Assembly: GCA_022813865.1 (NCBI GenBank)
Contig: JALDZX010000055.1
Span: forward strand, 62,001-126,000
DNA length: 64,000 nucleotides
Reading direction: 5' to 3'
Source: Xylographa opegraphella
Lineage: Eukaryota
Shown: positions 59,335-64,000 of the stretch, in pieces
Layout: every line of letters begins with the position of its first letter
How positions within the stretch are numbered: position 1 is the stretch's first letter
Translations under genes and position numbers: made by a program
Notes under the pieces: model-generated
Told to the model about the DNA's origin: nothing
Seen by the model: the letters and a program-made list of their open reading frames with translations, nothing else
Database searches by the model: none

Positions 59335-60655
59335 ATGTCGACTGACAAGATCACATTTTTGACCAATTGGTGGGCTATGGTGTAGTTTGTCTTGTTATAG
59401 TGCACTAAATTGATAAAGGCATGCTACGCCATACCACGCTCCACTTTATCTTGCTCAGCACAAAGGATATTTTGCCGAGGAGGGTATCAAAGTCGCTCTT
59501 CTCGAGCCCAATGACCCGAGCGTGAGTGTGACAGCGTGGAACGCCTGTCAAATACTGTGCTTAAACATCTCTCCAGGATGTTACCGAGATAATTGGGAGC
59601 GGAAAGGTTGATCTCGGCTTCAAAGCTATGATTCATACCTTAGCGGTCAGTCGTTGCTGGTAGATCATATATCTCAATAGCCGCTGAATAGTATCCTAGG
59701 CCAAAGCTCGCAACTTCCCTGTCACTTCGATCGGTTCTCTTCTCGACGAGCCCTTCACCGGAGTCGTCTATTTAAAGGACAGCGGCATCACGACTGACTT
59801 CCATTCTCTCAAGGGCAAGCGAATCGGCTACGTTGGGGAGTTCGGCAAGATTCAGATCGATGAATTGACCAGCCACTATGGGATGACCCCCGATGAGTAT
59901 ACCGCCATCCGATGCGGTATGAACGTCTCGAAGGCCATCATCAACGGCGAGATCGATGCCGGCATTGGCTTGGAGAATGTACAAATGGTTGAGCTGGAAG
60001 AGTGGTTGGCTGGGCAGGGCCGACCCAAGGATGACGTTCAGATGCTCCGTATCGACGAACTCGCAGAACTCGGTTGCTGCTGCTTCTGTTCGATTCTCTA
60101 TATTGGTGAGATATCATTCCCAGGCGTTCTGTATACAACAGAACATGCTCTAAAGAGACACTATTCACACCATCTGTAGGCAACGACAAGTTCATTGCAG
60201 AGAATCCCGAGAGAGTGACCAAGTTCATGCGAGCATGTAAGAAGGCTACCGACTATGTGCTCGCCGAGCCAGAAAAGGCCTTGGCCGATTACATCGACAT
60301 GAAGCCCATTATGGGAACAACTCTGAACAGGAAGATCTTCGAGCGCTCGTATGCTTATTTTTCGAAGGATTTGCAGAACGTCAAGCGTGACTGGGTATGT
60401 TCAATTCAACGACGTAATTGAGCCTCATCTGACACTGCTCAGCAAAAAGTTACAAAGTACGGCAAGCGTCTGGGTGTTCTCAACGAGAGTTTCGAGCCCA
60501 ATTATACCAACGAGTTCCTTACCTGGAGCCTGGATGGTGAATCTCCCGACCCAAACGGCGACCAGAAACGTATGGTGCAGCTGCAGGCAGAGGTCGCCAC
60601 CCAGGGTGGCTTTCACCGTCTCCAGGCGTCTCATGCCCAGACTGTTTCCGCTTAG
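59335..60655 (+). CDS. NMT1: HMP-P synthase (thiamine pyrimidine biosynthesis), multi-exon
   Basis: [27 protein letters not shown] (PLP Lys and substrate His), GYVGEFG and [14 protein letters not shown]. Confidence 0.97.
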
Positions 60656-61238
60656 AATTGGCGGCCATTAACATGGGCACTGAAAGCGGTGTGACGGGGA
60701 TGAAAGATTTTCTTTCGCTGTCGGTGAAGCATGGTATCATTGGCTGTACATTCACTCATAGATAGACATCTATATTAGCCGGCCATTTATGAAATTGTAG
60801 CACAAGAATGATGACCTATATCCACAATTGAGTTTACGTCCACACGAAAGCGAGGAACATCGCTCTCGCCGACAAGTCAGAGGGAAACTATTCCAGCTAC
60901 CTCGTCACAACATACTCTGGCCTCGGGCTATCCCACTCTGGAATTCCACCACAAGGAAGAGTGCCTGGCCCCCTCCAACGGAAAATGGACGATGCCGTTC
61001 TAAAATATCCAATATCTCTAGGTGACGGGCTCCTGGTTGAATGCCTGATTGCCTCCGGTGCCCGGTACAGACCTTCGACCGATCCCGTCCGTCTCCACTA
61101 GTATATTTCGAGACTAGCGCTTGTTCGTGGGCCATCGGTGCATCGGAGTCCTAATTGGCGGAGCACGAGGCAAAAGTGTAGTCACTCTCTCCCATTGCTC
61201 AATAATCGTAGCGGACGCTCTCATTCTCGATTTCGCAA

Positions 61239-61647
61239 ATGCGTCACACCCTCTCTTTGCTACAACACTCGGCACGTCTGACGCTGTTCACGCGTGCCAA
61301 TTGCTCGCTCTGCTCGTCTGCAAAGACCGTGCTTGAGAGTCTAGGGAAACGGCGCAGCTTCGAGTACAATGAAGTTGACGTGATGGCTGAAGGGCAGAAG
61401 GAGTGGAAAGACATGTACGAGTTTGATGTGCCCGTGGTAGGTGAATCTTGACCCTGGATACTGAGAGGATGAGTGGGTGCCAGGAGGTCGCTGTGCTGAT
61501 CTTTTGCAATTCCTTCAGGTTCATGTGCAGCGGGTCTTCCATACTTATTCGAAGCCAAACATTGTTACAGAAGCACGAAAGCTGATGCACCGCTTTCAAG
61601 AGGAGGAAGTGGAGGCCCTGATTGATGAGGCCGAAGGACACACCTGA
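61239..61647 (+). CDS. Glutaredoxin-like protein (DUF836, YDR286C-like), 2 exons
   Basis: RLTLFTRANCSLC..YEFDVPV/VHV..KLMHRF, with a short presequence-like N-terminus. Confidence 0.85.
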
Positions 61648-61765
61648 GAGAACATTGATGGTTGTTACTACGTGGGAGTCCCCCTCCCGCTGACCACGCC
61701 ATATGATCTGGATCAACGCTTCGGATCCGCTACGCCAGGCTTGTACTGCTTAACAGCATGGCTAT

Positions 61766-62825
61766 CTACCTTCCATAAGGGCCAGTCATCTTTGCTGCAG
61801 CCCCTTTCGCGATATTTAGAGCGGAGTGGACATATGAGCCTTTTGCGGTTGTTAATGCGGAGGTCAAATAGGTTGGGAGAGCGATCATGTCGGCAGCAAC
61901 AGAGACCTTGAAAAGGGTCAGTAAAGTACCACACAATGAGCTGCAACGGTTACCATGTGAAATCCCTGATCCGCATAATGTCTGGCCTGGTCCCCCGACG
62001 TGCAGTATATACCAGTGCTTTTGTTATGCTCCTTGGCCGAGCGTTGGATCGTGGCAATAGCCTCGTGCAACTCATCGTCCATTTTCCCGTCTATTATGGG
62101 ATGTCCGATATTGTTACCCAGGTCAAAAGGACCAATGAAGAGGCAATCGACGGCCGTTTGCGCAATGGCATCAATCTAAGCAGACAAGAAATCAACATGG
62201 TGTCAGGATAATGATCATGGACTAGTCTTCAGCCTACGTTCTGTAAAGCCTCCTTCGTCTCAATCTGCACAATTGTGAGTAAGGCGTCGTTGGCTTGGTG
62301 CAGATATTCGGTGGTTGTTTCAATCCCAAACTTATCCATCGGAAACGGGGATCCAAATCCTCTTTGACCTTGTGGGGGGAATTTGGCAGATTTGAGAAGT
62401 TTGATTGTGTCGTTGGCAGTATATATGAGGGGGACTATGATGCCGTGCGCTCCAGAATCAAGAGCTCCTTGGTGTCTCAGTCAGCTTCCAGATCCTGTCG
62501 TTGCAGGTTTACACCTTACTCTTCACCATCCATCCTTCATTGGCTGGAATTCTGACGATGGGACTGACACCACATCCAGCAATTGCTGCCACAGCTTCAT
62601 GCATCGCGGCATCTGATAAGGAATTGATTCAGTTTCTCAAATTAGGGTAACAGCGAGCACGCGTATACCATCAATGTTACCATGCTCGGTGTCCACGCAT
62701 ATCCAATCAAATCCACATCTTGCTATCGTTCGGGAGTGGTTGCTCCCAGGAAGCATCTGCCATGCGCCGAAAGTCAAACCAGAGCCTGTGCGTAGAGCTT
62801 TCTGCAATCGATTGGCGGCCTGCAT
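61766..62825 (-). CDS. HpcH/HpaI family pyruvate aldolase (2-keto-3-deoxy sugar-acid aldolase-like), 5 exons
   Basis: GAWQMLPG, FDWICVDTEHG, PIVRIP, RALDSGAHGIIVP, FPPQGQRGFG, VQIET and LFIGPFDL. Confidence 0.92.
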
Positions 62826-63286
62826 GGCTGTCCGTCAAGTTTAGGGGAATGATAGACTGCTCTGAGGGAATCTTCAGTTTGTCTATCAATTGGCCATTCA
62901 TTGCGGCGTGCCGGATGAATGTTTGCGGGGTGTTTCGTTGACATTATGCCATGACGCAGGAACCCCCACCATCAGCACGCCGAACTCGGCCCTATATAAA
63001 ACAGGCATTTATAGAGCTAGTCTCGAGTACAGTACTAGATATTTATCTTCCATTCGATAATACTCAAAACTATACCAGCCTCGCCAAATATAAAGTATTG
63101 TAAAGAAGAAACGATAGCAACATCCTCCGTCAACTCCTTTGCGAGCGCCCTTTCAAACAATGCAACATGGAAAATAACTGCATAGCTCTCATGTTGGTTG
63201 GACCACACCATTGTGCGATCCTCCTTGGGTATTTTTCCTCGTGTAGCTAGAGTGACAGGTCGTGCTCGTTTGAGTTTCATGCTGTC

Positions 63287-64000
63287 TTAATGAGTGGATT
63301 GGTGCACGGGTGGCTCAATGAGTGTTGGTCTTTGAAGAGAAACCCGCTGATCCTCCAGAGGTGTTCCCCGTCCCGAAATGTATGGTGCGAATATTTCTCC
63401 GGGTTGATTCGACGGCTCGTAGGATGACTGCGAGTCCCACGAGGACGATACATGCCAGGAGAGCGCTGCATATGGAATTGATCGAACCTCTTCCGACTGC
63501 GAAAACGAGCCCCGTCCGTGAAACTCTGGCAGCACGCGTTGGCACCACAGACAGATCTGACGGCACATCTCCCGCGATCCCTTCTCTAGCCCACATCCAT
63601 CGCATTTCTTTAATTTTCTTTTCAAATCAGAATTTTGTTTCTCCTTGCATGTCCGACATAAGATTCCCTGTTTTGCTGTACACACACATAATCCTATGGC
63701 ACCATAATCTATCGTTGAAGGGCTCGTGCTGTCATGCTGCAGACGCCGTGCTCGAGGATAACGAACCAGCCAGCATTTCCGACATAGGTTCCGCCGTCGA
63801 TTTCCGAAGGTATTCTCGGATTTTCCAAATGACTGCTTTACGACGCAAGCCTCGCACACAAGCAGAGCGCATAAACGACATGGCTTCGGGTTCTTGCCTC
63901 TGGTGTGACCAGTCTCAGAACAACTGTCGATAGATAATGACTTGAGCCGACGCCACAGATCTGTTTCATGACAAACAAGATATGAAGGCGTTATCTTTGG
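63287..64000 (-). CDS. Partial Cys-rich (zinc-finger-like) protein; 5' end lies outside the window
   Basis: The frame is open from the window edge: CRLCALLVCEAC, LCRKC, CVC..LCRTC, CDGC and ICLWC. Confidence 0.55.
   Translation of the reverse strand, partial: PKITPSYLVCHETDLWRRLKSLSIDSCSETGHTRGKNPKPCRLCALLVCEACVVKQSFGKSENTFGNRRRNLCRKCWLVRYPRARRLQHDSTSPSTIDYGAIGLCVCTAKQGILCRTCKEKQNSDLKRKLKKCDGCGLEKGSREMCRQICLWCQRVLPEFHGRGSFSQSEEVRSIPYAALSWHVSSSWDSQSSYEPSNQPGEIFAPYISGRGTPLEDQRVSLQRPTLIEPPVHQSTH

Noticed and set aside
1..64000. Transposons, RIP-degraded AT-rich blocks, tRNA/rRNA, CRISPR arrays, inteins
   Set aside because: None recognised by eye: no transposase or RT motifs, terminal repeats, cloverleafs or spaced repeats. 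Short ncRNAs such as snoRNAs could be missed without a covariance search.

Overview
Gene-dense eukaryotic chromosomal DNA from a filamentous ascomycete (Pezizomycotina). This is inferred from the roughly 50-nt GT-AG introns with CTRAY branch sites and the fungal gene set. About 26 protein-coding genes can be supported, most of them spliced: plasma-membrane H+-ATPase (PMA1), RNase H2 subunit B, MCM10, galactokinase, acetolactate synthase (ILV2), mitoribosomal mL40, a GH45 subfamily-C-like GPI protein, a RING-CH E3 ligase, TFIIIC WD40 subunit (TFC6-like), HIR3, a ChAPs/exomer subunit, a CrpA-like copper P1B-ATPase, MUS81, a small acidic nuclear protein, a DHA2 MFS exporter, a Myb-like repeat protein, a divergent 14-3-3-like protein, a PSI-domain membrane protein, EMP24, a secreted GDSL/CE16 esterase, a CFEM-GPI protein, a short class II aldolase, NMT1/THI5, a glutaredoxin-like protein, a HpcH/HpaI aldolase and a truncated Cys-rich gene. 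The clearest non-coding system is a complete TPP riboswitch in the NMT1 5' UTR intron, with two donors, uORF starts and an anti-aptamer next to the second donor. Also notable are repeated abrupt C-rich to G-rich skew inversions (two centred on (CG)n runs), MCB-like clusters at DNA replication/repair genes, and candidate micro- or poison-exon splicing. No transposon, tRNA, rRNA or CRISPR was recognised. All assignments come from motif recognition by eye; no database search was run.
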